64,000 nt of DNA from Centroscyllium fabricii (taxonomy: Eukaryota): positions 20,646,001 to 20,710,000 of the forward strand of contig JBNRSN020000019.1 in the NCBI GenBank assembly GCA_051313645.2, written 5' to 3'. Positions 23,793 through 37,995 of the stretch are shown in pieces; within the stretch, counting starts at the first letter, position 1, and each line of letters starts with the position of its first letter. Below the pieces are notes generated by a model, which had not been told where the DNA came from, searched no databases, and saw only the letters and a program-made list of their open reading frames with translations. Both the position numbers and the translations under genes were made by a program.

Positions 23793-24480
23793 CAAATTCA
23801 AATTCAAATTCAAATAGCTTTATTGGCATGAATGGCATCAACCCTTGTTGCCAAAGCGTTTTTACATACACAAAAATACATTTGTAACATACATATAAAA
23901 TACATTTTTAGACGTAATAACAACAGTACTAACAGAGTATACACAACCGCATCCGTAGTAACATCAGTAGATATATAGCTTAAATGCAGTTTCAAACCAT
24001 ATCACAGTCAATGTTGGTTCTTTTCTGCCTGTGTGTGCGTGCATGTGTGCATGTTGGTCAGTCATTTTCCCTCAGGTTGTGGCATGCTGTTACGTATTGT
24101 GCACCAAGCTGTGCCCTGTCTCCTTCGCCAAGGATTATTTTTAGTTTTAGGGTATCATCTAATTCTTTGAAATCTGGGATTTCTAGGTCCAGTTTGTCAA
24201 AGTATGATTTCCTTGTTTTTTCGAATTTTTTGCAATTTAGGAGGAAGTGCATCTCTGTTTCAACCTCATCCGTCGAACAGTGACCGCATATTCTATTTTC
24301 TCTTTGCTGCCAGGATTTCTTCTGTCTTCCTTTTTCGACTGCCAACTGGTGGTCACTTAATCTGTACCTGGTGAGGGTCTGTCTCTGCTTTATATTTCTG
24401 ACAGTTGAAAGATAGTCTGCCAATTTATAGTCTCTTTCTAGGGAGCGGTAGCATTCTAGTCTGCTTTGGTTTTTTGTTGC
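23793..24480 (-). mobile_element. RTEX-like 3' fragment inserted in a (TC)n tract
   Basis: Highly similar to 19544-20270; (tttgaa)n tail abutting ctctctc. Confidence 0.85.
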
Positions 24481-25020
24481 TCTCTCTCTCTCTCTGTCTC
24501 TGCACTGAGTGCTGCGGGGCAAAATCTCTCTCTCTCTCTCTCTGCACTGAGTGCTGCGGGGCAAAATCTCTCTCTCTCTCTCTGCACTGAGTGCTGCGGG
24601 GCAAAATCTCTCTCTCTCTGCACTGAGTGCTGCGGGGCAAAATCTCTCTCTCTCTCTCTCTCTCTCTGCACTGAGTGCTGCGGGGCAAAATCTCTCTCTC
24701 TCTCTGCACTGAGTGCTGCGGGGCAAAATCTCTCTGCACTGAGTGCTGCGGGGCAAAATCTCTCTCTCTCTCTGTCTCTGCACTGAGTGCTGCGGGGCAA
24801 AATCTCTCTCTCTCTCTCTGTCTCTGCACTGAGTGCTGCGGGGCAAAATCTCTCTCTTTCTCTCTGTCTCTCTGCACTGAGTGCTGCGGGGCAAAATCTC
24901 TCTCTCTATCTGCACTGAGTGCTGCGGGGCAAAATCTCTCTCTCTCTCTGTCTCTCTCTCTCTCTGCACTGAGTGCTCTGCGGGGCAAAATCTCTCTCTC
25001 TCTCTCTCTCTCCTTTTTAG

Positions 25021-25432
25021 AAAGATAGGAGCAGGAGTAGGCCATTCAGCCCTTCAAGCCTGCTCCACCATTCAATGAGATCATGGCTGATCATCCAAAC
25101 CCTGTAACCCGCCCCTGCCCTCTCCCCATATCCCTCGATCCCGCACCGACACATATCCCACCCTATTCCCATATATTCAATCTCCCTAACACTAAGGGTA
25201 AATTTATCCTGGCCAAGCAACCTAACCCTGCACAATCAACCTAACCCTGCACAATCAACCTAACCCTGCACATCTTTGGACTGTGGGAGGAAACCGGAGC
25301 ACCCGGAGGAAACCCACGCAGACACGGGGAGAATGTGCAAACTCCACACAGATAGTACCCGAGGCTGGATTTGAACCCGGGTCTCCAGTGCTGTGAGACA
25401 GCAGTGCTAAGCACTGTGCCACCGTGCCGCCC
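25021..25432 (-). mobile_element. HE1-type V-SINE with an internal 19-bp tandem triplication
   Basis: Same family as other copies; caacctaaccctgcacaat repeated about 3 times at 25218-25272. Confidence 0.88.
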
Positions 25433-26402
25433 TATATACTCAGCCTGTGTATATGCATACAGACAGTTCTCTATATCGGATATTTGTTCCTCCTGCTTCA
25501 TAATTTGCATTGAGGATGTTCTATTGAAAAATAATAGCTCGGGGCAGCGCATTAGAAGAAAAGAAAAAAAAAAACGAACTTTGAACTAGTTCATTTTTGA
25601 GCTGCGAACTTAAGTTCAAAATTCAAAATTATGAACTTGAACTAGTTCATTTTAAAATGATTGAACTGAACTTTGAGCTAGCTCTTGTTAAGTGTGAACT
25701 TTCCCAACACTGCTGTCTTGAGGGACATCAATTTCATCTGTGCTCACTCTAGGCATGCCCTCTTACTGGGCAATTCTTTAGCATGTCCACAAATCTCTGT
25801 GCAAGATGAAGGACAGAGAAACCCTGTATAATGGCTCTTTCTCTCTGATTTCTCAACATGTTAAAGCTAGATAAATGAGCTTCTTGGAAACTGCAACTCA
25901 CGGCCTCCAAAACAGCAATGTGAGCATCCTCAACTAAGATACTGTCGCTGTGGACAGGATATTTGTCAAGGAAACTCTGGCCATGGTTTTACTTACTTCG
26001 GCGGGTTCGGGGCAGGCGATGTCGGTGGCGGGTCGCGGCCCTGCTGCTGGCTCCATTTTGCTCTGTGAAATGACTTTCCATTGCTGGGGCTTGTTAAGTC
26101 CGCCCAGCGTATTTCCCGTGCCAATTAGAGGAAGTGGGTCTGGTGACCTCATTTCATGATGCGTCATCAGCCGGTTTTCTTAAAGGGACAGTGTCCAAAT
26201 TTATCTTGATATTTCTGCTTTCAGTGTTCTACAGCATTGAGGTGATGTAAACACTGACGAGCACTGCAGAAGCACAGGGCTGCACCCAGATACACCTGGA
26301 GGGAGTCACAGCATGCAGCGAGGTCCTCTTCCCTTCCAATGGGCAGAAGGGAAATCCCAGGAGACCTAAACAGCCTAGTTGCACATTGCAGAGGGCACAA
26401 GC

Positions 26403-27537
26403 AGGATAGCAAAGATACGTATATCAGCATGCTGTTTATTGACTACAGCTCAGCATTCAACACCATCGTCCCCAGCAAATTGTCTACCAAACTCCTCACC
26501 CTCGGCCTGAACACCTCCCTCTGCAACTGGACCCTGGACTTCCTAACCAACAGACCACAGTCTGTGAAGTTAGGCAACCTCACTTTCCCCCCCCCCCCCT
26601 TACCCTGAACACGGGGGCCCCACAAGGTTGTGTGCTCAGCCCCCTCCTCTACTCCCTCTTCACTCACGACTGTGCGGCTGTCCATGGCTCCAACACGATC
26701 ATCAAGTTCGCGGATGACACCACGGTGGTTGGCCAGATCACCAACAACGACGAGTCAGCCGACAGGGATGAGATCCAGCGCCTTGTGGGTTGGTGTGCCG
26801 ACAACAACCTGGCACTGAACACCAAGGAGATCATAGTGGACTTCCGGAGGACTGGAAGCAGAAGACACACCCCCATCTTCATCCAAGGGGCTCCGGTGGA
26901 AAGGGTGTCCAGCTTCAAGTTCCTCGGGGTCCACATCTCGGAAGATCTCTCCTGGTCACTAAACACCTCCTCTCTGGTTAAGAAGGCCCAACAGCGCCTG
27001 TACTTCCTTAGGAAGCTGAAGAAAGCCAGGCTGTCATCCGGCATCCTCTCCAACTTCTACCGCTGCACAATAGAAAGCATACTGACAAGCTGCATCACTG
27101 TCTGGTATGGTAATTGCACTATCTCGGACCGGAAAACCCTGCAGCAGGTAGTCAAAACTGCCCAGCGAATTACCGGTACACAGCTACCGTCAATGGAAAG
27201 CATCTACCTCAAACGCTGCTTACGGAGGTCTCAGAACATTATTAAAGACCCCACACACCCCAGCCACAGTCTGTTCGCCCCTCTGCCCTCCGGGAGACGC
27301 TACAGAGCAATTTGCACCCGTACAACTAGATTTCAGAACAGCTTCTTCCCCAGGGCTGTCAGCCTCCTGAACTCTAAAAAGAAACTCCGGTACCTGCACG
27401 CCTGATAATGAACTTTACTGTGTGCAATTTGCATGTAATTTATTTATTTTGTTTGCACTACTCTCGGGAGAGTCGAGTCTTCGTCTCGTTGTATTGTACT
27501 AGTACTCTGCAATGACAATAAAACTTGAATTGAATTG
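26403..27537 (+). mobile_element. 5'-truncated Rex1/Babar LINE
   Basis: [13 protein letters not shown]...LSPLLYSLFTHDC...[12 protein letters not shown]...FFPRAVSLLN; (ttgaa)n tail. Confidence 0.9.
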
Positions 27538-30500
27538 TGGTCAGGAGGACCTGGGGGCAGTGGTGCAAACCTTTCAATGATCTCAGTAGATCACAAAATG
27601 TAGTTTCTCAGTAATCTCAGAAATCTCAGTAGATCACAAAGCCACACTCAACCTCATCCTGCTGTACTTCTCATCACATCCCCATCACTCTGCTTTCCCT
27701 ACCCTACTCCTGCACATCCTTAGTCACACCAACTTACCTTGCACCTCCACCCATCCCTCTCTATCTACATTATCACTTCCCCATCTCACTAGCCACCCTT
27801 CATACTTGCCCTCATTCTAGTGCAATCATACCAACTAACAACACACAAGGGTAGCTACTTGGGTGTTTTATCCAATGTTCATGTAACGTTTCTGTTAACG
27901 TGCTGTCAAACATTGAAACCTTTAATTTCAACACTTTCCGTTCTTGGGCAGATTTGTGTGCACCTTTGGAAGTGGCTCAGTGAGTTGCAGTAAATGGTGA
28001 GACGTAACAGTACCCCCCGCAATAGTGCTGAGTGTGAAAGCAATGGCTTGGACATAGTAGAGATGCTTTATGGTGTTGGTGTGGGGTGGTGCCAACCTGG
28101 CGCGTCATGTGGCAGCCAGGGTGTACAGGGAAGTAAATCTGGTCTCCCAGGCAGCAATTTGGTCAGGTGCTGATGCCCTCTGTCCTGTGCAGCATCAGGT
28201 GATTGTGGAGAAGGTTGGTGGCGGTGGTGGTGGTGTTGCTGCTGGTGTGCCTGGTTCAACTGGTGTTGGGGCTGATCGTGGTGGGTTTCTGAGGACCAAG
28301 GTGAAACTGTATAAACGGTACCCATGCTGATGGAATAGATGGCAGGTGAAGTTGAGATGACAGAAGTGATCTGTCAATGGTGAGAGAGGTTGTTCCAATG
28401 AGGTGACACTGGATAGAGAGTTTGCTCCAAACACTTGCAACCTGCATAAAGCTCAATCTGTCTTCCAAATTGAGTAAGCAACAGCTTCTGAGCTTGGAAA
28501 GTGAACAGCTATGAGGTGGGAGCTTTTATAGCACATTTCAAGCTGTCAAGTAATCAGCTTATTCAATGGTCATTCAACTCCTGGTTCAGCTTAACAGACA
28601 TGGAGCTTGTGGGCAAGCAGTTAAAGAGAAAAGGTAAGGTTAAATGTATTATTAATGATCTGTCAACAGGCAATAATCAGCTTAATTGGGTCCCCCTCCG
28701 CTGTGTGTCTGGCCTGCTCAGCGCTGACGGACCTGACATTAGGAAACTCTTTGTGCCATATATTCTTTGTTCAACTACATTATACAGTTAATTCTGGGTG
28801 GCCTTACTGTGACAAATTTTCTGAGACTGGCAAACTTCTTTCTCCTCTGCATTCAGGCCCTCTTAATGCTGATCTTTGTGTTGACCCTTTGTTTCACCTC
28901 TTGCTGTCCTGTGGGTAGGTGAGGGGGACAAAGTTGCCCTTCAATGACGAATGGCAAATTTCCTTTTGTCCGCTTCCTGAAAAAGCAGCTCCACAATTGT
29001 GTTAATAAATGAGAGATTTGCTGCTAGTATTGCTCTTTTTCAAAAACTGAAACGATTTCCTGACTCTTTGGCTGCAATTTTTTTCAATGGAGGTGGTTTG
29101 GGTGCGGGTCAGGTGGTTTCCGGCTTCCAGTCCCGCCCCCAACTGCATCCGGCCCACAGACGTGATTTTACGTTGACTGACCTTGTTAAGCCCGCTGTGC
29201 GGGTTTGCCGGCCAATTAAGAGGAAGCCTGTCAGATGACGTCATTTGATTATATCATCTGCCAGTTTTTTTAAAGGGACCACGCACAATTTGTTTTTGAC
29301 AATTGATTTCTCAGTGTTTGACAGCATTAAGGTGCTGCAAACATTGATAATCACTGTACAGAGGTGAGCTCTTGAACCCAGGCTCTCCAATGACTCCCTC
29401 CATAGGCTGGAATAGATGGCAGCTGCAGGTGAGATGACAGAAGCAATCTGTCACTGGTGAGAGAGATTCTCCCAATGAGGTGGCACTGGACATGGATTTC
29501 AAAACTTGTAAACTTGGATGAAAATGCATTTCCCAACATTTTCTTATCTCTGAGACTCACCAGTGCAACATTGGATCCTTCACACCACTTCTGCAGCTGT
29601 CATCAATCCAGAAACATTACAACAGACTCAACACGCCACACTTACCTGGCGTGGTGTCCGGACGTAGGGGAACCCGAGGCAGAAGCAGAAAAAATCAAAA
29701 ATAGCTTGTCCGTTACAAGCAACTACCTGTTAATAGGTAGGTAATTACCTTTAATCCTCTACCCGCCTCTAGGTGTTGAGTCCATGTGCAAATCGGGGAC
29801 TCAACACTTGGGAAAATTGTTTGGAGGTGGGTTGATGGCGGGATCGCAACCCGCCGTCAATCAAAACTATTTTACCCTTTGACCTGCCTCCAAACCCGCC
29901 CTCTGAGTGCCAGCAAAATCCAGCCCTTTGGTACAGAAAGAAATCATTTCACTATTACATTGCAGCTACAGAGTTGCTGCTATACCAGATTATTTTCCTC
30001 CCAACAGGAGGCCCAATTCAGCCCAGGACTTCGTGTTGAATAGTTAATTTGGCCAATCCTTTAAGATTCGAGTCAGTCAACCATTCTTAATTAATGTGAA
30101 TGCACTGCTTTCATAGCCCGAGTACCAAGACAAGAAAGTTTCCCCTAAAGATTGTGCACCTACCAAGATACAAATAAATAAACTACACCACAACGTTTAT
30201 TGTACTCGAGTATAAAAAAGGTGTCTGAATTCTGAAAAGCATTTTGATGGCTTCTAACAGAACATTTGCAGAAGCTGCCAGCAAAATTTATTTCCTGGCT
30301 TTGTGTTACTGATGCCTAACCTCATAGTTATTGGCCAGATGTGACTGGAGATTAAAATCAGTCACTTGACATTAATTGTTGACAAATACATAAATATTGT
30401 AGAATGTAGATGAGCACAAACCAAACCAAAATGCGATTATTCAATTTTACCAGTTATCTTTCAAATGACAATCTCACAAGTGAGAGTTCTGAGCCATTAT

Positions 30501-33500
30501 TTATGTAATGAATACAGTCTACGACATCGATGTTGTGAAACTTTGTGGTGGGTTGTTGTATAGCATTTTAGTTTCCTTTTTATTTGCACCATTCCCTGGC
30601 TTTGAAGACAATCCACTTTCATTTCTCTGTTGTTCTGTGACTTTGCAAGAATTACCCAGAAGAATTGCCAGGTGAACATGCCTGGCCTTGAGTATTGTAG
30701 GGAACGGCCGTTCCCCACTCTTTAAAATCAATAAAATGTCGAAAGATCGCGGAGCAAGCTTTAACAGGTCTTTATTGGTTTCAATCCAAACACGACTACT
30801 CACAAAAGGCGCAAAACCGCAAAGCATCATGGGGCTTTTGACTGACAGCCCGCAGGAACTGGAACTGTTAATCCAACCACCCAAGGGGGAAACAGGGGCG
30901 GGACCAACTCTGGAATGGGGATTATAACGTCCTTGGGAGACCAGAGTGTCTCCCCCTAGTGGCTATGCTACACACGCCCCCCCAGAATCCTCATGAACAT
31001 GATAAGTCAACCTTCGAGGAGGCATGACGAGGCAGCCGCAATGAGTGCGATAGGCCACAGGTGCAGGGGGAGATACCGGGGATCCGCGAACAGGACTGGA
31101 GGGTGGCTGCGCCGCAGGAGTGGGAGGCGAGACCGGAGAGAAACCCTGAGGTGGAGCAGGAGCCGGAGCTGTATCCGGGAGTGGACCAGCACGGGACCCG
31201 CTGGGGGCACGCTCGGGGCAGAGAAATGCTCCTGGCGCGGGGCCCGGGAAAACTGTTCAGGCGAGGCTGGGTCCAAATGGGCCGGTTTAAGCCGGTCGAT
31301 GGAAACGAGGTCCTGTTGGCCTCCAACCGCGAGGACGAAAGCCTTGTCGCCAGCCTCCAGCACCCTAAAAGGGCCAGTAAATGGCGCCTGTAAAGGAGTC
31401 CTATGGGCATCGCGACGCACAAAAACAAATCGTGCCTGGCGGGTATGTGGGATGACCGGGCACCATGCAAAGAGGTGGGCAATGGAAGGAAAAGATGCGC
31501 GGCGTCATTGTGCCGGGCGAGCTGCTCACCGGCTGACCAATTCCCGGTGATGGAGAGGAGGAACTCTCCTGGAATGCGCGAAGGTTGTCCAAAAACGAGT
31601 TCGGCGGAAGTAACGCCGAGGTCGTCCTTGGGCGCGGAGCGCAACCCCAGCAGGACCCAAGGGAGCCTGTCCAACCAATTGGCGTCGACTAGGCTGGCAC
31701 GATGTGAGACCTTGAGGGCGCGATGGAAACGTTCGCAAATACCGTTTGCCTGTGGATGATAAGCAGTCGTGTGGTGCAACTGCGTCCCCAGACCAGTGGC
31801 GATTGCGCTCCACAGCTGGGAGGTGAACTGTGGGCCCCAGTCGGAAGTCATGTCCGACAGAACCCCAAACCGAGCCACCCATGAAAAAATAAAGGCACGT
31901 GTCATGTCGGCCGTAGTGGTGGAAGATAGGGGTACGACCTCCGGCCACCTAGTGGTATGGTCGACGATGGTAAGGAGATGGGTGGATCCCTGTGATGGGG
32001 GCAAGGGGCCAACCAAATCAACATGGACATGATCAAACCGCCGCTCGAGCACCGGAAAAGTTTGCAGGGGAGCCTTAGTATGCTGATGGACTTTAGCGCG
32101 TTGGCAGTCATGACAGGTGTTAGTCCAGTCCCGCACATACTTGTGCAGGCCCGGCCAAACATATTTGGCTGACATAAGTTTCTGAGAAGCCCGCATGCCC
32201 GGGTGTGAGAGCCCATGGACCAAACCAGAAATGCGCCTGCGCCAGGAGGTGGGCACTAAGGGCCTGGGGGTGGAAACAGAAACGTCACACAAAAGAGTCG
32301 TGCCGGCTGCATGAAAATGGATGTCCGCTAGGGTCAGGCTGGTGGACGCAGAACAAAGAGCCTGCAGCTCAGCGTCCGCCCGCTGGCCGCGCGCCATTTC
32401 TGTGGAATCGACACCAACGTGGACCGCATGGAGGGACGGACGGGAGAGACAGTCGGCAACGACATTATCCTTACCGGACACGTGGCGGATATCCGCAGTA
32501 AGTTTTGAAATGAAATTCAGGTGGCGCTGTTGGCGACCTGACCAGGGCTCTGTGACTTTGGACATAGCAAAAATGAGGGGCTTATGGTCCACGTAGGCAG
32601 TGAACGGACGGCCCTCCAAGAGAAAAAAAAAATGCTGCACTGCAAGAAAAAGAGCTAGCAGTTCCCGATCGAACGTGCTATACGAGAGCTCATTTTTCCG
32701 CAGTTGGCGACTAAAAAATGCAAGGGGCTGCCAGGCACCGTCAACCCATTGTTGCTGAACGGCGCCAATGGCATGATCCGAGGTGTCCGTCGTGAGTGAC
32801 AGCGGGGCGCCCGGGATAGGGTGGGTTAAAAGGGTGGCTTCGGCCAGGGCCGACTTTGCGAGGCGAAAAGCCTCAGCCATATTAGCCGACCACAGAAGAC
32901 TATCCTTGCCGGTCCTGCCTCTAGTGGCCTCGTACAGGGGGCGCATGATGGAGGCAGCATTGGGGAGGAACTGGTGATAAAAATTTATCATTCCCAGAAA
33001 TTCCTGGAGCGACTGAACCGAGCTGGGCTGGGGAAAATCTGTGACCGCTTGGACCTTGGAGGGTAAAGGGATGGCTCCCGCCGGAGAGATGTGATGACCT
33101 AAAAAATCAATTTCAGTAAGGCCGAATTGGCATTTAACCGGGTTTACAGTTAGGCCATGGTGGGCCAATCTCTGAAAAAGGGAACGCAAATGCACAACAT
33201 GTTGAGATTCATCCGTGCTAACCACCAAAATGTCATCGAGATATACAAATAAAAAGTCCAAGTCCCGAAGGACAGAGTCCATCAGCCGTTGGAAAATCTT
33301 TAACCCGAAAGGCATACGGAGGAATTCAGAGAGTCCAAAAGGGGTAATAACTGCCGTCTTTTGGATGTCGTCCGGATGGACTGGGACCTGGTGATATCCT
33401 CGGATGAGGTCGACTTTTGAAAAAATTGTTTTACCCGCCAGATGTGCCGAAAAGTCTTGAATATGTGGCACCGGGTATCTGTCCGGCGTGGTAGCGTCAT

Positions 33501-36500
33501 TGAGGCGCCTGTAGTCGCAACACGGTCGCCAGCCGCCGCCGGGCTTGGGAACGATGTGGAGCGGGGATGACCAAGGGCTGTTGGAAGGGTGAATGATCCC
33601 CAACTTCACCATGTGACGTATCGTCAAGGTCTTCAATTAAGAGTCGACGCGTAGTTACCGAAACGAAAGGCTTTTAATTACTAAAGAACGGAGCTATTCT
33701 CCAGACGAACTACTATACAGGAATGGATGGAGCCTCGGTCAGACCACACCTATATCGGGGCCTCACCTGGGGGAGGAGTCGGGGGTGTGGCTGACCTGGC
33801 TCCCAACAGAGTCACAGTAAACAGGGCTGTGCCTAACATCTGCACAGCCCATCATTAGTCATGGTGATACAGTGGCATAACAGATATAGAACGGTTACCA
33901 CATTCACCCCTTCTTAAAAACTTTGAGTCCAGGGGGGTGAATGGATCAAACAGTTCATAATTAGTCTGTCCGGCGGTCGTGTCTGCCTGGAGGACCGTCG
34001 GCGCTCCGGTGTTGGCGGCGGTGCCTCCTGTGTTAAATGGTCTGCATCTGCCGGCGCTGTGACTTCAGGTGGCGGTGGGCTCGGCTGGTCCCCGCCGTCA
34101 GGGTCGTAGTCGGGGAAACTCGGGGGCCATCTTGCGTCTGGTGGTTGATCGACCTGCTGGCCCACAGGGGGCGCTGTGGTGGTGTTTCCGGCAGGGGCCA
34201 GGTCCCTGATGGACACGGTGTAATCACGCCCGCCCGGGAACTGCACGAAGGCGTAGTGCGGGTTAGCGTGTAGGAGCTGTACCTTGTCCACCAGGGGGTC
34301 CGTCTTGTGGCTCCGGACGTGCCTTTGAAGCAAAACCGGCCCCGGAGTCGTCAGCCATGGAGGGAGAGCTGTCCCCGAAGTCGACCTCCTGTTAAAAGAG
34401 AAAATCAGATCGTGCGGGGTGGCGTTAGTCGCAGTACATAACAGGGAGCGGATAGAGTGCAGCGCATCTGGGAGGACTGCCTGCCAACGGGACACTGGAA
34501 GGCCTCTGGACTTGAGAGCCAGGGTGACCGCCTTCCAGATGATCCCATTCTCCCTTTCTACCTGCCCGTTCCCCCGGGGGTTATAACTGGTCGTTCTGCT
34601 CGTGGCAACCCCTCTCTGGAGCAGGAACTGGCGCAGTTCATCGCTCATGAACGATGACCCCCGGTCGCTATGGATGTAGCTGGGGAGACAGAAAATGGCG
34701 AACAGCGTGGTGAAGTGTTTGATCACCGTTGCGCTCGTCATGTCTGGGCAGGGGAAGGCGAAGGGGAAGCGGGAGAACTCATCCACTACCGTGAGGAAGT
34801 ATGAGTTGCGGTCGGTGGAGGGGAGGGGGCCTTTGAAGTCCACGCTGAGACGTTCAAAAGGGCGGGTGGCCTTGATGAGGTGCGTCGTGTCTGGCCGGAA
34901 AAAGTGGGGTTTGCACTCGGCGCAGACAGGGCACTCTCGGGTCATAGCCTTGATCTCTGTGATGGAGTAGGGGAGGCTACGGGATTTGACGAAATGGGCG
35001 AGTCTGGTGACACCCGGGTGGCAAAGGCGGTCGTGGAGGTCCTTCAGCCGGTCTAGCTGGGCACTGGCGCACGATCCCCTGGACAGAGCGTCCGGGGGTT
35101 CGTTGAGTTTGCCTGGTCGGTAAAGAATGTCGTACTCGTAAGTCGAGAGTTCGATCCGCCACCGCAGGATCTTATCATTCTTGATTTTACCCCGTTGTTT
35201 ATTATTAAACATAAACGCCACCGACCGTTGGTCGGTGAGCAGGGTAAAACGCTTACTGGCCAGGTAATGACGCCAGTAGCGCACGGCCTCCACGATGGCC
35301 TGGGCCTCCTTTTCCACTGCTGAGTGGCGAGTTTCGGGTCCCTGTAGGGTGCGGGAGAAGAACGCAACGGGCCTGCCTGCCTGATTCAGGGTGGCAGCAA
35401 GGGCAAAGTCCGAAGCGTCACTCTCCACCTGGAAAGGGATGGATTCATCAACAGCGAGCATGGTCGCCTTGATAATATCTTCCTTTATCCTTGCGAATGC
35501 CGTTTGGGCTTCCACAGAGAGGGGGAAGACAGCAGCCTTGAGGAGTGGTCTAGCCTTATCTGCGAACTGTGGGACCCATTGTGCATAATAGGAGAAAAAT
35601 CCTAGACATCTCCTCAAGGCTTTGGGGTTGTGAGGTAGGGGCAGTTCTTGCAAGGGTCGCATACGCTGTGGGTCGGGGACGAGGAGCCCGTTCTCCACCA
35701 CGTATCCGAGGATGGCGAGCCGGGCTGTATTAAAGACACATTTGTCTTTGTTATACGTGAGGTCCAGCTTAGCCGCCGTGGCGAGAAATTTGGCCAGGTT
35801 GGCATCGTGGTCCTGCTGGTCGTGGCCGCAGATGGTCACGTTGTCCAGGTAAGGGAAGGTGGCCTGCAAGTCATTTTGGTCAACCATACGGTCCATCTCC
35901 CGTTGGAACACTGACACTCCGTTGGTCACGCCAAAGGGGACCCGGAGGAAGTGGTAGAGCTGACCGTTCACCTCGAAGGCGGTGTAGGGGCGGTCGGCTT
36001 TCCGAATCGGGAGCTGATGATACGCCGATTTAAGGTCGATCGTAGAGAACACCTTGTACTGGGCGATCTGGTTGACCATTTCTGAGATGCGGGGAAGGGG
36101 GTAGGCGTCGAGCCCGGTGTAGCGGTTAATAGTCTGGCTGTAATCGATAACCAGCCGCTGTTTTTCCCCAGACTTCACCACTACAACTTGGGCGCGCCAG
36201 GGGCTGGTGCTGGCTTCAATTATCCCCTCCTTCAGCATCCGCCCGACCTCCGACCTGATAAACGTGCGATCCCCCTCACTGTACCGCCGACTCTTAGTGG
36301 CAATGGGTTTGCACTTCGGGTCGAGGTTGGCGAACAGCGAGGGGGGCTCGATTTTCAGGGTGGAGAGGCTGCAGGCCGGGCTCCGCTTTGGGAGGAGATT
36401 GTCCCGGCTACTGACGGTGAGGTGGGGTAAGGTCCCGCCGAACTCCATTGTCACACTCTTGAAGTGGCACTGGAAATCCAAACCTAGTAAGGCTGGGGCA

Positions 36501-36814
36501 CACAACTGTTGGAGGGTATACAATTTAAAGTTACGGTACACGCGCCCCTTGACGGTGAGCGTGACGGAGCAGTAGCCGGTGACGTCCACGGTGTGGGACT
36601 GTGAAGCTAGGGAGACTTGGTAGTTGGTGGGCAGGACCTGCAGTCCGCAGCGCCGCACTGTATCAGGGTGAATAAAACTCTCAGTGCTGCCTGTGTCGAA
36701 AAGGCAGTCGACAGTATGGTCATTAACGCTAATCGGTATTATTGAGTTAGACAGGGTATGGGGCCTGCCCTGGATAACTCTGATTCTGGCTGCAGCAGCC
36801 CCTGCTGATCGGGG

Positions 36815-37200
36815 CTGTGCACAAGATGGCGTCGCCCCTGGCTCGCACATGGAGGGGCCCTGGATACAAGATGGCGTCGCCCCTGGCCCGCAGCTGGTGG
36901 GGCCCCGTATACAAGATGGCGCCACCCCTGGCTCGCACATGGAGGGGCCCTGGATACAAGATGGCGTCGCCCCTGGCCCGCAGCTGGCGGGGCCCCGTAT
37001 ACAAGATGGCGCCGTCCCTGGCTCGCACATGGAGGGGCTCTGGTTGCAAAATGGCGTTTCTGAGGGGCCCTGTGAACGCGCTGGCGGCGCCCGTGATTCG
37101 CACGCAGCGAACCGCGGTGATCGGGTTGGCGGTGCCCGTGATTCGCACGCAGAGAACCGCGGTGGTCGGGTTGGCGGTGCCCGTGATTCGCACGCAGCCG
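36815..37200 (-). repeat. In-frame tandem repeats in the gag-protease linker (CxPGxxPSCIxGP and CESRAPPTRxPRFxA units)
   Basis: About 5 copies of a 45-bp unit and about 3 copies of a 45-bp unit of a second type, seen in both DNA and translation. Confidence 0.85.
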
Positions 37201-37995
37201 GCCGCGTTGGGGGGTCGCGCTTGGCCGGCCTTTGCTGCATCAGGGTGGGGGATGGGGGCGCTTGTTGTTTACCCCTGTACCGTCGCTGGATCGCGCTGCT
37301 AATGCAGCTTACCTGGTCTCTGTCGGTGCTCTCACAGGCTGCACTGTTGTACCTTTTGTTAGACGCTGCTGGAGCTGATTTGCAGGCTTTCGCGTAGTGT
37401 CCCTTCTTTGCACATTTCTCACAGGTCGCTGTCCTGGCTGGGCATTTCGCTCTAGGGTGCAGTCCCTGGCCGCAGAAGTAACAGCGCTTGCTTTTAACGT
37501 CTTTAGTGGCCGTCGCGGCCATCGTGGGGGCCTCGGCCCGTGGCGCCCAGGCCTGGGCCTGTTGTGGCGCGGCCCATATGTTGTAGGCTTGCGGGTTGGT
37601 GCCGCTGTACGCCTGTAACTTGCTACGGGCCCCCTCTACCGATTTGGCTAACGTGGTCGCCTCCTCGAGGGATAAATTGTCTCTCTCTAGTAGCCGCTGG
37701 CGGGCTTCCACACACCTCAGTCCTGTGACATAAGCGTCCCGAATGAGGAGTTCTTCCTCCTCTGCAATAGTTGTGTCTTTGCAGCCACAGGCCCGTACCA
37801 GGGCCAGGAGCGCTTGCTCAAACTCCTCATTTGACTCACCCGGTAGTTGAGGTCTAGTCGCCAGCACGTGTCGGGCGTAGACCGAATGGACCGGGCGCAC
37901 GTAGCATTTCTTTAAAATTTGTACAGTCCTTTCGTAGGTTGTGGCGTTCCTGACGAGGGTGAATACTCTGCTGGAGATCCTAGATCGCAGGACAT

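Larger units (their letters stand above)
23580..25012 (+). repeat. Compound minisatellite [tgcactgagtgctgcggggcaaaa + (tc)n], spanning the N gap and interrupted by RTEX
   Basis: More than a dozen units at 24481-25012; unit ends flank both sides of the N run. Confidence 0.9.
23378..25712. mobile_element. Non-autonomous hAT DNA transposon with nested satellite, RTEX fragment and SINE
   Basis: TIRs CAGTGTTGG...CCAACACTG; 8-bp TSD ctgtcttg (23370-23377 / 25713-25720); subterminal repeats (gagcgcg, gaactagttca). Confidence 0.85.

Noticed and set aside
24481-25012. Constant 24-bp repeat with variable spacers, superficially CRISPR-like
   Set aside because: The spacers are only (TC)n microsatellite, the context is eukaryotic and there are no cas genes; it is a minisatellite. 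The ORFs over it are artefacts.
25930-29930. Possible decayed Harbinger-type element surrounding the Rex1 copy
   Set aside because: It ends in aaaatccagccc like other local repeats, but I could not define a transposase frame, matching termini or a TSD.
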